From contig NC_014729.1 of NCBI RefSeq assembly GCF_000172995.2, positions 1-32,000 of the forward strand: a stretch of 32,000 bases of DNA, read 5' to 3'. Each line of letters starts with the position of its first letter. The first letter of the stretch is position 1. The stretch comes from Halogeometricum borinquense DSM 11551. Lineage in GTDB: Archaea; Halobacteriota; Halobacteria; Halobacteriales; Haloferacaceae. Of this stretch, positions 18,104-24,793 are shown piece by piece. The notes below the pieces were generated by a model, which searched no databases, was not told where the DNA came from, and saw only the letters and a list, made by a program, of their open reading frames with translations. A program made the position numbers and the translations under genes.

Positions 18104-18847
18104 TTATTCGCTCTGAATGCGCGGCGCGAGCATGTAGGTGACGTGTCCTTGTCCCTCTGCGATTTGGTAGTGCAGTTTAACAGGGAACTCCTCACCGAGT
18201 TCGGCGGTGACCTCGGCGTCCTTCGGGATGGCCTTGTTCATATCCTTCAGGTAGTCCAGCGAGAACAGCGAGTCAGCCGTCCCCGAGGTGAGGTCGATAA
18301 GGTCCTCGGTGTCGAGTTGGAAGTCAACGTCGTCAGTGTCACCCTGTGCTTGGATGTGGAACGCCTCCGCCGTGTCGTCTACACGAAGTCGGACGTGGTC
18401 TGAGACCATGTCCGCGGCCTTGATACCGCGGTCGAGTTGCGCGCCTTCGAGGACGATTTCAGCCGGGAGATCGAGGTCCGGAATATCGGGTTCCTGTCGG
18501 ATAGAGTCGGGGTCGATGAGCGCGAGCGTCGAGGAAAGGCCGTCGATTCGGATGTTGAGTTTTCGCGTCTCCTCGTCGAGTTCGAGTTCGACCAACTGGT
18601 CGGAGTTCGCCATGCCGACGAAGTCCTCCAGTTTCGAGAGGTTGACGCCGATGACGCCGCCGTCAGCCTCGTAGGATTCGAACGATGCGGCGTCGAGCGT
18701 CAGATCGACCATCCCGACGTTCGCGGGGTCAACCGCTCGGATCGAGAGGTTGTCCTCGTTCAGTCGAATCTTACACTCATCGACGAGTACGCTCACCGAA
18801 TCCAGCGCGTCCCGAAGTGTGGAGGCGCTCACGATGGCCTTGAACAT
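18104..18847 (-). CDS. pcn: DNA polymerase sliding clamp PCNA
   Basis: 247 aa: [29 protein letters not shown]...SLDYLKDM...MLAPRI. Full-length archaeal PCNA. Confidence 0.97.
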   Translation of the reverse strand: MFKAIVSASTLRDALDSVSVLVDECKIRLNEDNLSIRAVDPANVGMVDLTLDAASFESYEADGGVIGVNLSKLEDFVGMANSDQLVELELDEETRKLNIRIDGLSSTLALIDPDSIRQEPDIPDLDLPAEIVLEGAQLDRGIKAADMVSDHVRLRVDDTAEAFHIQAQGDTDDVDFQLDTEDLIDLTSGTADSLFSLDYLKDMNKAIPKDAEVTAELGEEFPVKLHYQIAEGQGHVTYMLAPRIQSE

Positions 18848-19067
18848 GTGATCTGTGGTACGACAGCGGGCTTAAAAATACCCGTGATTTTCGCGCTTGC
18901 TAAGTATGTACCCGCACGTCGCGTGAGCGTGCGCACGAGTTTCTGACCGTCGCCGTGAACACCACACTCTCAGCAAAATCGTTTCATCGCATAAAACGGC
19001 AGAACAGCGCGTTTGTCTCCTGTTACGTCCGAGGCCGACTATCGCCGGGTTCTGTTGTGGTGAGTTT

Positions 19068-19823
19068 CTATGAATCTTGAATCTCAGTTGTCTTCTGAAC
19101 GCGGCTTACTTGGTTCGTGCTCCCCACGCTGACCGCCTGTACGTCGTCAGCGACGTTCTGAGTGATGTCCGAGACGCCGGTGTCGCCGTCAACGTTGGCC
19201 ACGTCGTCAACATCGGCACCACCGTTCTGCATCTCGGTCACGTCGATATCGACGGTTGTCACCGAATTCTGCTCGTGGGCCTCGTTCGTACTCTCTGCTG
19301 AGGTTTCGCTCGACCCCTCGTCGGACTGGACTGAGCCTACTTCCACCGTTACTGCTCCGCCCGATTCTCCCTCGGACTGGGTCGAAGACTCCTCGGCCGC
19401 CGCGTTCGGTCCCTCAACAGCCGTTGACACCTCCAGCGACTGACTGTCGTCCGCAACGTGGACATCCGTCACGCCCGGACTGTGTATGTACTGACCCGTG
19501 TCACCGCAGATCCCACCCATACAGGTGGGTGGGGCGGTTTGGCACTCAAGACCCATACAGACCGGTGGATGCGGGGATTGTGGATAGCACATGTCTCCCG
19601 GCCACAGGCAGGGGGTCGTCGGTGGGGGGAGACAGTGGACCCACGAAACACCTGAACAGGCCGGTTCTGGAATCTGAGCGTAAGTACGGTCACCCACACT
19701 AGGCGCATCTCCTGGTGCGGCGGATGCACTAACCGCGAATCCACCGAGGACTAGCATCGCCGCGAAAAGGACGACGATAGCGGGGACGATACCTACTGTG
19801 ATTTTATGTATTTTATCTTTCAT
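19068..19823 (-). CDS. Secreted Cys/Pro-rich protein with acidic C-terminal region, last gene of the small-protein array
   Basis: 251 aa from ATG 19823; the ORF-track start 19850 is TTG. Signal peptide MKDKIHKITVGIVPAIVVLFAAMLVLGGFAVSASA. Eight Cys lie in a Pro-rich ~60-aa stretch. The acidic tail contains QNVADDVQ and QNGGADV motif relics. Confidence 0.7.
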   Translation of the reverse strand: MKDKIHKITVGIVPAIVVLFAAMLVLGGFAVSASAAPGDAPSVGDRTYAQIPEPACSGVSWVHCLPPPTTPCLWPGDMCYPQSPHPPVCMGLECQTAPPTCMGGICGDTGQYIHSPGVTDVHVADDSQSLEVSTAVEGPNAAAEESSTQSEGESGGAVTVEVGSVQSDEGSSETSAESTNEAHEQNSVTTVDIDVTEMQNGGADVDDVANVDGDTGVSDITQNVADDVQAVSVGSTNQVSRVQKTTEIQDS

Positions 19824-19830
19824 GTTATGG

Positions 19831-19842
19831 ATAAAAAATATA
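19831..19842 (-). terminator. Oligo-T tract (TATATTTTTTAT on the minus strand) between paralogue 5 and the Cys-rich gene
   Basis: A T6 run lies immediately after the TAA of 19852..20103 and about 10 nt before ATG 19823. Archaeal termination or attenuation commonly uses T-runs, but it is too close to the ATG to serve as a TATA box. Confidence 0.25.
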
Positions 19843-19851
19843 CGCCCCAAA

Positions 19852-20103
19852 TTAAAGGACGTCTATATTGTTCTGGGTGGAGACGCTCACTTGCGTCACC
19901 TGAGCATTGTTGAGGTTGACAGCTGCAACCCCCCCATTCCAGCCCAGGTTTCCGCTGTTCTGCTGGACCGTCGCGTAGTTCGAGGCGACGTTGGCGTTGT
20001 TGCTCGCGTCGTCCGCGAGCGCTGCTGCCCCACCGCTGAACGCGGTGAGGACCAGCATCGCTGCGAAGAGGGCAACACCAATTCGACGGAATGTCACTCT
20101 CAT
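19852..20103 (-). CDS. Small secreted N/Q/G/A-rich protein, tandem paralogue 5 of 5 (two N-x-A-x-V-x-Q motifs)
   Basis: 83 aa. Signal MRVTFRRIGVALFAAMLVLTAFSGGAAA. Mature part ...NYATVQQNSGN...NNAQVTQVSVSTQNN. Confidence 0.7.
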   Translation of the reverse strand: MRVTFRRIGVALFAAMLVLTAFSGGAAALADDASNNANVASNYATVQQNSGNLGWNGGVAAVNLNNAQVTQVSVSTQNNIDVL

Positions 20104-20107
20104 GATC

Positions 20108-20356
20108 TCAGATGTTGTCTGTGTTAGTTTGGCTAGCTAACGCAACTTGAGTGACGCCCGCAGAGTTGGTGCTAAACGCGGAGAACCCGCCACCCGCGTT
20201 TCCGCTGTTCTGTGCGACGTACGCGCCATTGGACGCGATGTTCGTGTTGCCGCTCGCGTCGTCACCGTGGAATGCCGCCGCCCCGCCGCTGAACGCGGTG
20301 AGGACCAGCATCGCCGTGAGGAGAACGACGCCCATCCGGAGGACTGTGTCTCTCAT
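20108..20356 (-). CDS. Small secreted N/Q/G/A-rich protein, tandem paralogue 4 of 5
   Basis: 82 aa. Signal MRDTVLRMGVVLLTAMLVLTAFSGGAAA. The mature 54 aa have no K/R/E and include NGAYVAQNSGN and NSAGVTQVALASQTNTD. Confidence 0.7.
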   Translation of the reverse strand: MRDTVLRMGVVLLTAMLVLTAFSGGAAAFHGDDASGNTNIASNGAYVAQNSGNAGGGFSAFSTNSAGVTQVALASQTNTDNI

Positions 20357-20361
20357 TGGTC

Positions 20362-20604
20362 CTAGATGAGGTCCGTGTTGGACTGACCAGCTAGCGCCAC
20401 TTGAGTGACGTCGGCATGGTTGGAGTTAGCAGCGGAGAACAGACCGCCACCGCTGTTCTGTGCGACGTATGCGCCATTGTACGCGACGTTCGTGTTGTCG
20501 CTCGCGTCGTCACCGTGGTATGCCGCCGCCCCACCGCTGAACGCGGTGAGGACCAGCATCGCCGTGAGGAGAACGACGCCCATCCGAAGGATTGTGTCTC
20601 TCAT
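20362..20604 (-). CDS. Small secreted N/Q/G/A-rich protein, tandem paralogue 3 of 5
   Basis: 80 aa. The signal-coding DNA is nearly identical to paralogue 4. Mature part has NGAYVAQNSGG and NHADVTQVALAGQSNTD. Confidence 0.7.
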   Translation of the reverse strand: MRDTILRMGVVLLTAMLVLTAFSGGAAAYHGDDASDNTNVAYNGAYVAQNSGGGLFSAANSNHADVTQVALAGQSNTDLI

Positions 20605-20608
20605 GGTC

Positions 20609-20857
20609 TCAGATGTTGTCCGTGTTTTGCTGCAGCCCTATCGCCACTTGGGTGACTCCAGCGTGGTTACTGTTGAACGCGGAGAATCCGCCACCGTACG
20701 CGTTCCCGCTGTTCTGTTCGACGTATGCGCCGTTATACGCGATGTTGGTGTTGTCGCTCGCGTCGTCAGCGTACGCGGCTGCTCCACCGCTGAGCGCGGT
20801 GAGGACCAGCATCGCCGTAAGGAGAACGACGCCCATCCGAAGGAATGTTTCTTTCAT
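20609..20857 (-). CDS. Small secreted N/Q/G/A-rich protein, tandem paralogue 2 of 5
   Basis: 82 aa. Signal MKETFLRMGVVLLTAMLVLTALSGGAAA. Mature part has NGAYVEQNSGN and NHAGVTQVAIGLQQNTD. Confidence 0.7.
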   Translation of the reverse strand: MKETFLRMGVVLLTAMLVLTALSGGAAAYADDASDNTNIAYNGAYVEQNSGNAYGGGFSAFNSNHAGVTQVAIGLQQNTDNI

Positions 20858-20861
20858 GGTC

Positions 20862-21107
20862 TTAGATCCAGTCCGTGTTGGTCTGACTAGCTAACGCCAC
20901 TTGGGTGACGCCAGCGTCGTTGTGATTAAACGCGGAGGCGCCGGAACCCAGATTTCCGCTGTTCTGTACGACGTGCGCGTCATTATGCGCGACGTTGTAG
21001 TTGTTACTCGCGTCGTCACCGAGCGCGGCTGCCCCGCCGCTGAATGCGGTGAGGACCAGCATCGCAACGACGAGAACGCCGGTCATTCGGATTACTGCTT
21101 TTCTCAT
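20862..21107 (-). CDS. Small secreted N/Q/G/A-rich protein, tandem paralogue 1 of 5 (first in array)
   Basis: 81 aa. Signal MRKAVIRMTGVLVVAMLVLTAFSGGAAA. Mature part has NDAHVVQNSGN and NDAGVTQVALASQTNTD. Confidence 0.7.
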   Translation of the reverse strand: MRKAVIRMTGVLVVAMLVLTAFSGGAAALGDDASNNYNVAHNDAHVVQNSGNLGSGASAFNHNDAGVTQVALASQTNTDWI

Positions 21108-21117
21108 TTGTTCTCAC

Positions 21118-21135
21118 GGGTTCTCGACGGAACCC
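21118..21135 (-). promoter_or_regulatory. Inverted repeat GGGTTC-N6-GAACCC just upstream of the array
   Basis: Lies 11-28 nt upstream of ATG 21107, inside an AT-rich ~300-bp tract. A TATA-like AACTATAAC (about 21164-21172) lies about 60 nt upstream. It could be an operator or a 5'-UTR hairpin. Confidence 0.3.
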
Positions 21136-21611
21136 AACACATCCATGCCCCGTGGTAACCTTTGTTATAGTTACTACCCTTCTTAACAACGGATTCATTT
21201 GTTCGATAGAATGGCTCGTTTGAACGCTGAATTGAACGATTTGGGAAATCAGGCCCCAAGATTATTCGATCAAATAACCAATTAATACTCTCAGAGAATC
21301 TCACTGAGCAAGCGACGGCGCAGATTCGTCGGTACAGTACGAACCCGACGCGATACTGCACAACTGGCGCAGTTCGCCTGTTAGACCGCTACTGCGTACA
21401 CATCGAACTGTATGTTAGCCAGAATATTATCAGTTGTCGGATGTTTTTGAACCACGAAATGCGGAGAAACCGACGTCCTGAATTTCCGGGATATCAGTCC
21501 CACGAATCAGTTCCACAGCTGATTGCATGGGTTCGCGCCGTTCGCCACTACGGGAATCCAGCATCTGGACAGGACAGTGCCTAAACCAATCGTACCATCA
21601 CTCACGACCGC

Positions 21612-21800
21612 TTGACATCCTCCTCCGCCTGAAGGTGGAGGAATCCCGAGCGGTGGGAGTTTCAGGTTTGCAGTCCAATCACTGGACTACCAGCCCTTTT
21701 GGGCACGGGTAGTCCCACAGCATCGGACTGGTGGACTGATGGCGGTGCCAAACCGCTGTTACCCCTATCCTCGACCGTGTATGGCGTCCCGGTGTTGTTT
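21612..21800 (-). pseudogene. Relic of an IS1341-type (IS200/IS605 family) element: right end/omega-RNA-like segment plus decayed tnpB 3' end
   Basis: 21612-21673 matches 26218-26279 at 54 of 62 positions (my hand alignment), including the TCCTCCG..CTGAAG..GGAGGA hairpin. The minus-strand translation ...GNSGLAPPSV...GLQT* parallels the intact TnpB tail ...SNGWLAQPGV...ACKP*. Upstream frames are broken by stops. Confidence 0.5.
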
Positions 21801-22574
21801 TGGCCACGGGGACGCCAGCAGGCATCAGCAGAGTCGGGGGTATCGTCTGGTTCGCTTCAAGCAGTCAACACAGACACACGCTTCGAGCATGTGCGTTCAC
21901 CGATTGCCCTTTCGGATATTGCCTCGTTAGGTAGGCGGACAGGCCGCCTCCGTAGGACGGTTCAGAATCCGCTCCGTTCCGACCGATTCCTACCCTTCGG
22001 TACGGCGGCCTGTCAATTAAAGTTCTCGTAGGAAACTCAGAGCGTCCGTTTGAGCGGTAGACTGGTGCCCAGAGTGACGGCGCGTATCCACGGCCTGAAG
22101 GCCGTGATATTGCGCCTGTTCCACGTATAAGAGAGAGCGACTATCGCTGGAGAAGGACCTGTGACCTACACGGGGTGCGTCGAGATCTCTGATGCGAGGG
22201 AAGGTCCGCCGTCTACGGCGGAGAAGGTGCGAGGAATCCGCACGTATCGACAGAGCCACAGCGGGAAGAGGGAAATCACGCGAGCCCCACTGTTTCCGAA
22301 CAACGTGAGAGGCGTGGATGCACTCGGAGACTACCTTCGTCTTGTCCGGGTCATGCGTACTCTGACTGGAGATGAGGGTTGTGCCACGCGTGCGAGAGTG
22401 TATGATGCACCAGGACAGACGCACAAATCGGCCGAGTACTCACGCTCGAAGCTGACAAGAGAACGCTGCTCGGTGAGGAGTTGGCGGAGATATACTCTAC
22501 TGGTGGCTACACAGGAAAAGTACGGAACGAGTATGCCGGAGCGGCGTGTGTCCGTCGGTGGTGACGTGACCTGT

Positions 22575-24245
22575 TCAAGCGGACGTGAGGCTCCGCCAGA
22601 GTATGTCGGCCCCGTTTCGAAGCCCTTCGAACAACAACCGCGAGACGGCATCGACACCACCGAGGTCGCCAGCAAACAGCGGCAAGAGGTACGCGACGAA
22701 CAGGACACTGGCGACGATACTGCCGACGTTAGTCAAGGCGACAATCGCAAGCAATCGAAGGAGCGGAACGCTCGCCACCTTCGAACGGATGTCCGAGAGG
22801 CCGTCGTCACCACTCAACAACTCGTTTAGCGCGTCGAAGTCGGCAACATCCACCGGTGTCCGACGGAGTTCGACGTAGCCGACGAACCAGCCCGGAGCCA
22901 ACACTGGATTGACGGACGTAAGCCAAGCGACTGCACCACCCGTTAACGCAGCAGTCCAGCACGCGCCGGCCAAATAGGCCATTCCCGCAGCGAACACGCC
23001 GTTGACCAGAAACCACGCAACGAACACTTCGAGTAGATACGCGTCGTCAACACCTGCCATCGCTAAGAGAACGAAAGAGGCGACGAACGCGACTGAGATG
23101 AGCGCACCGGCAATTTTTTTCACCGGAACAGACGGACCTCGGCTTGTCCCAACGAGCGTCCCGTGTGGTGGAAGCGTTGCAGGATTCGAGAGGTACTGTT
23201 CCACGCCGCCTCGGTGACCCGCTCCCAGTACAGCCACGACATCCAACCCCGAATCACGGAGCGCCACGAGTTGGTAGGCGATGTAGGCGTCGCGTTCGTC
23301 GATGAGCGCTCTCGCCCCGTTAGGACAGAGCTCGCGGAACTCCGTGAGCATCGTCTGTACCACATCAGTGTCAGTGAGATCCGCTGCGACGAATTCGTCG
23401 GCTTCGTCGATGTCGATGCCACTGAGTCCGAGACGCTCGGCCACGAGTCCGCCGAGGACACCGACCACGAGACCGGCCGACAGACCGATCAAGAGACTCC
23501 CGATCCCGTGAAGCAGCATCGGCGGCAGATAGGCGGTTACAGTCCCATCAGCTATGCCAAGTCCTGCACCAGCGAGAAGCCCGATACTTACCCCACCGGT
23601 TAGCGACGCGGTCACCACTGTCCGATGGTCGAAAATCGCCTTTCCGACGGTGTAGAGGACCGTACCAACAGCAAGAGCAAGCAGTCCGCTCGCAGCGACG
23701 CGGGTCAAGAGTGGATCGGTGACGCCGAAATTTCCGCCGAACAGGCCGACAATCGGTCCCAACGTGATGCCGATAAACAGGCCGAGTACGAGTCCTACTG
23801 TGCGAGTGTCAGCGAATCCGAGCAGCAATCCGCCGGCTAGGCGAAGCTTCTCTCTGATCGTCATCTGTGACCAGAAGCGCTGGACGGTCACTCTGATATC
23901 ACGATCAACGAGTGCGATGTCAGTTCCGATCTCGTCGGCGGTTTCGACGGCTTTGAGCAGTTCGCTCCCTGGTTCGATGTCGAACTGGTCTCCGAGTTGA
24001 GCCTGTACGTACGAAAGAACCCAGTGAAGAATGAGTCGGACACTCGTCGTCGATTCCAACAGCGCTTCGGGGTCTGGGTCGTCTGTGTCACCCGTGAGTC
24101 GGCGGTAGCGGCCTTCGTCCAGTTCGACGGCGACCACATCAGGGTGTTCGTCACGAATCACAGACTCGACCTCGCGGACGCTGTCCGCGGAGACGTGAGC
24201 CGTCCCGACAATCCGAATCGTTCCGTTCTCCGTTCGTTCGCTCAC
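22575..24245 (-). CDS. TraB/PrgY/GumN-superfamily membrane protein
   Basis: Start proposed at GTG 24245 (VSERTENGTIRIVGTAHVSADSVREV), overlapping the upstream stop (GTGA). TraB motifs GTAHVS and, later, VLGAGHRGGV are separated by several hydrophobic helices, and further TM helices follow at the C-terminus. Confidence 0.85.
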   Translation of the reverse strand: MSERTENGTIRIVGTAHVSADSVREVESVIRDEHPDVVAVELDEGRYRRLTGDTDDPDPEALLESTTSVRLILHWVLSYVQAQLGDQFDIEPGSELLKAVETADEIGTDIALVDRDIRVTVQRFWSQMTIREKLRLAGGLLLGFADTRTVGLVLGLFIGITLGPIVGLFGGNFGVTDPLLTRVAASGLLALAVGTVLYTVGKAIFDHRTVVTASLTGGVSIGLLAGAGLGIADGTVTAYLPPMLLHGIGSLLIGLSAGLVVGVLGGLVAERLGLSGIDIDEADEFVAADLTDTDVVQTMLTEFRELCPNGARALIDERDAYIAYQLVALRDSGLDVVAVLGAGHRGGVEQYLSNPATLPPHGTLVGTSRGPSVPVKKIAGALISVAFVASFVLLAMAGVDDAYLLEVFVAWFLVNGVFAAGMAYLAGACWTAALTGGAVAWLTSVNPVLAPGWFVGYVELRRTPVDVADFDALNELLSGDDGLSDIRSKVASVPLLRLLAIVALTNVGSIVASVLFVAYLLPLFAGDLGGVDAVSRLLFEGLRNGADILWRSLTSA

Positions 24246-24793
24246 GAGGAGATCACCCCCGCGAGAATGGTTCCGAACACGAGAAGGATGACGACACTTG
24301 TGACGTTCACGAGTGGTTGGAACAGAAGATAGACGAGTAGTACCGCGATAGATCCAGAGACGACCGCCCCCTGCGCGGGAGAGACGCGTAGCCACCTCCA
24401 AGCGCCTCTCACAGTGTGTTTCTCCTGGAAGAATGATCCGAGTTCGGAGAGCTTGTCGGTCGTGTGGACGATGCCTTGTGACCGGTCGTATTCGATGAAG
24501 CCCGCGTTCTCCAGTGTTGGAAGGTGCGTCTGGTAGAACGAGTTGTAGACGCTCTGATACTGTCTGAGCGAGATATCATCGACGAGGGTATCGTTCTCCC
24601 AAGCGGTTACTTGTTCAGCGAGAGAGCCACACGAGACACTCTCGTCGATCGCATAGAGATAATAGAGGATATACCGTCGGCGTCGGTTCCCGAGTACCTC
24701 GAAGAGTTCGTTTCGACAGAACTCGTCTAACTGTTCACTGTCTTCGGACGGCAGTGTATGGGTGAGATAGCTCAGGCTCATGGACAGTTCCAT
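24242..24793 (-). CDS. Membrane-tethered winged-helix (ArsR-like) protein of the haloarchaeal LFEVLxNRRRRYxLxYL type
   Basis: The wHTH signature ELFEVLGNRRRRYILYYL...SLAEQVTAWEN...LYQTHLPTLENAGFIEYD is followed by two C-terminal hydrophobic helices. The start is uncertain (ATG 24793, 24781 or 24904). Confidence 0.7.
   Translation of the reverse strand: MELSMSLSYLTHTLPSEDSEQLDEFCRNELFEVLGNRRRRYILYYLYAIDESVSCGSLAEQVTAWENDTLVDDISLRQYQSVYNSFYQTHLPTLENAGFIEYDRSQGIVHTTDKLSELGSFFQEKHTVRGAWRWLRVSPAQGAVVSGSIAVLLVYLLFQPLVNVTSVVILLVFGTILAGVISS

Larger units (their letters stand above)
19852..21107 (-). repeat. Five diverged tandem repeat units of ~250 bp (one gene each)
   Basis: Gene starts at 21107, 20857, 20604, 20356 and 20103, a period of 248-253 bp. 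Intergenic gaps are only 4-5 nt, with a conserved junction ATC-TRA-GAYC(A)-ATG-AR(A/G). Confidence 0.9.

Noticed and set aside
1-19000. The clustering of replication genes (rfc, hjc, priL, pcn) suggested a nearby replication origin.
   Set aside because: There is no orc1/cdc6 gene. I saw no long AT-rich unwinding element flanked by inverted ORB-like repeats. The direct repeats seen (3495-3552, 16598-16652) are short and promoter-proximal.
19852-21107. Reading the five small proteins as type IV pilin-like (class III signal) subunits, cleaved after the Gly in LRMG|VVLL, or as Tat substrates (FRRIGV in paralogue 5).
   Set aside because: The residue before the Gly is M, T or I rather than the charged residue expected at -2 for PibD/FlaK-type cleavage. 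Only one paralogue has a twin arginine. The conserved SGGAAA end of the hydrophobic core fits an A-x-A signal peptidase I site better. This is not excluded experimentally.
21104-21361. 85-aa minus-strand ORF whose TGA overlaps the ATG of the first array gene (ATGA), which might be a seventh operon member.
   Set aside because: The peptide is basic, its codons are AT-rich, and it has no recognisable motifs. It coincides with the AT-rich promoter-like tract, and the ATGA overlap can arise by chance. Kept only as a very low-probability candidate.
22190-22440. GAGGGAAGGTCCGCC resembles the RNase P RNA CR-I motif (GAGGAAAGUCC), and GACAGACGCACAAATCGGCCGAG loosely resembles CR-IV. This suggested an RNase P RNA gene.
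   Set aside because: I could not build the obligatory P4 pairing between the two motifs, or a P1 helix closing the ends. Other conserved blocks (GGGUGAAA-type J11/12) are absent. Only an Infernal scan could settle it, so I left it as an unassigned structured region.
22161-22829. 222-aa plus-strand ORF and 135-aa and 125-aa minus-strand ORFs (22017-22424, 22331-22708) in the ORF-poor tract.
   Set aside because: All are basic and Arg/Ser/Thr-rich with no motifs. They partly overlap the traB 3' end out of frame, so they are more likely non-coding or decayed sequence.
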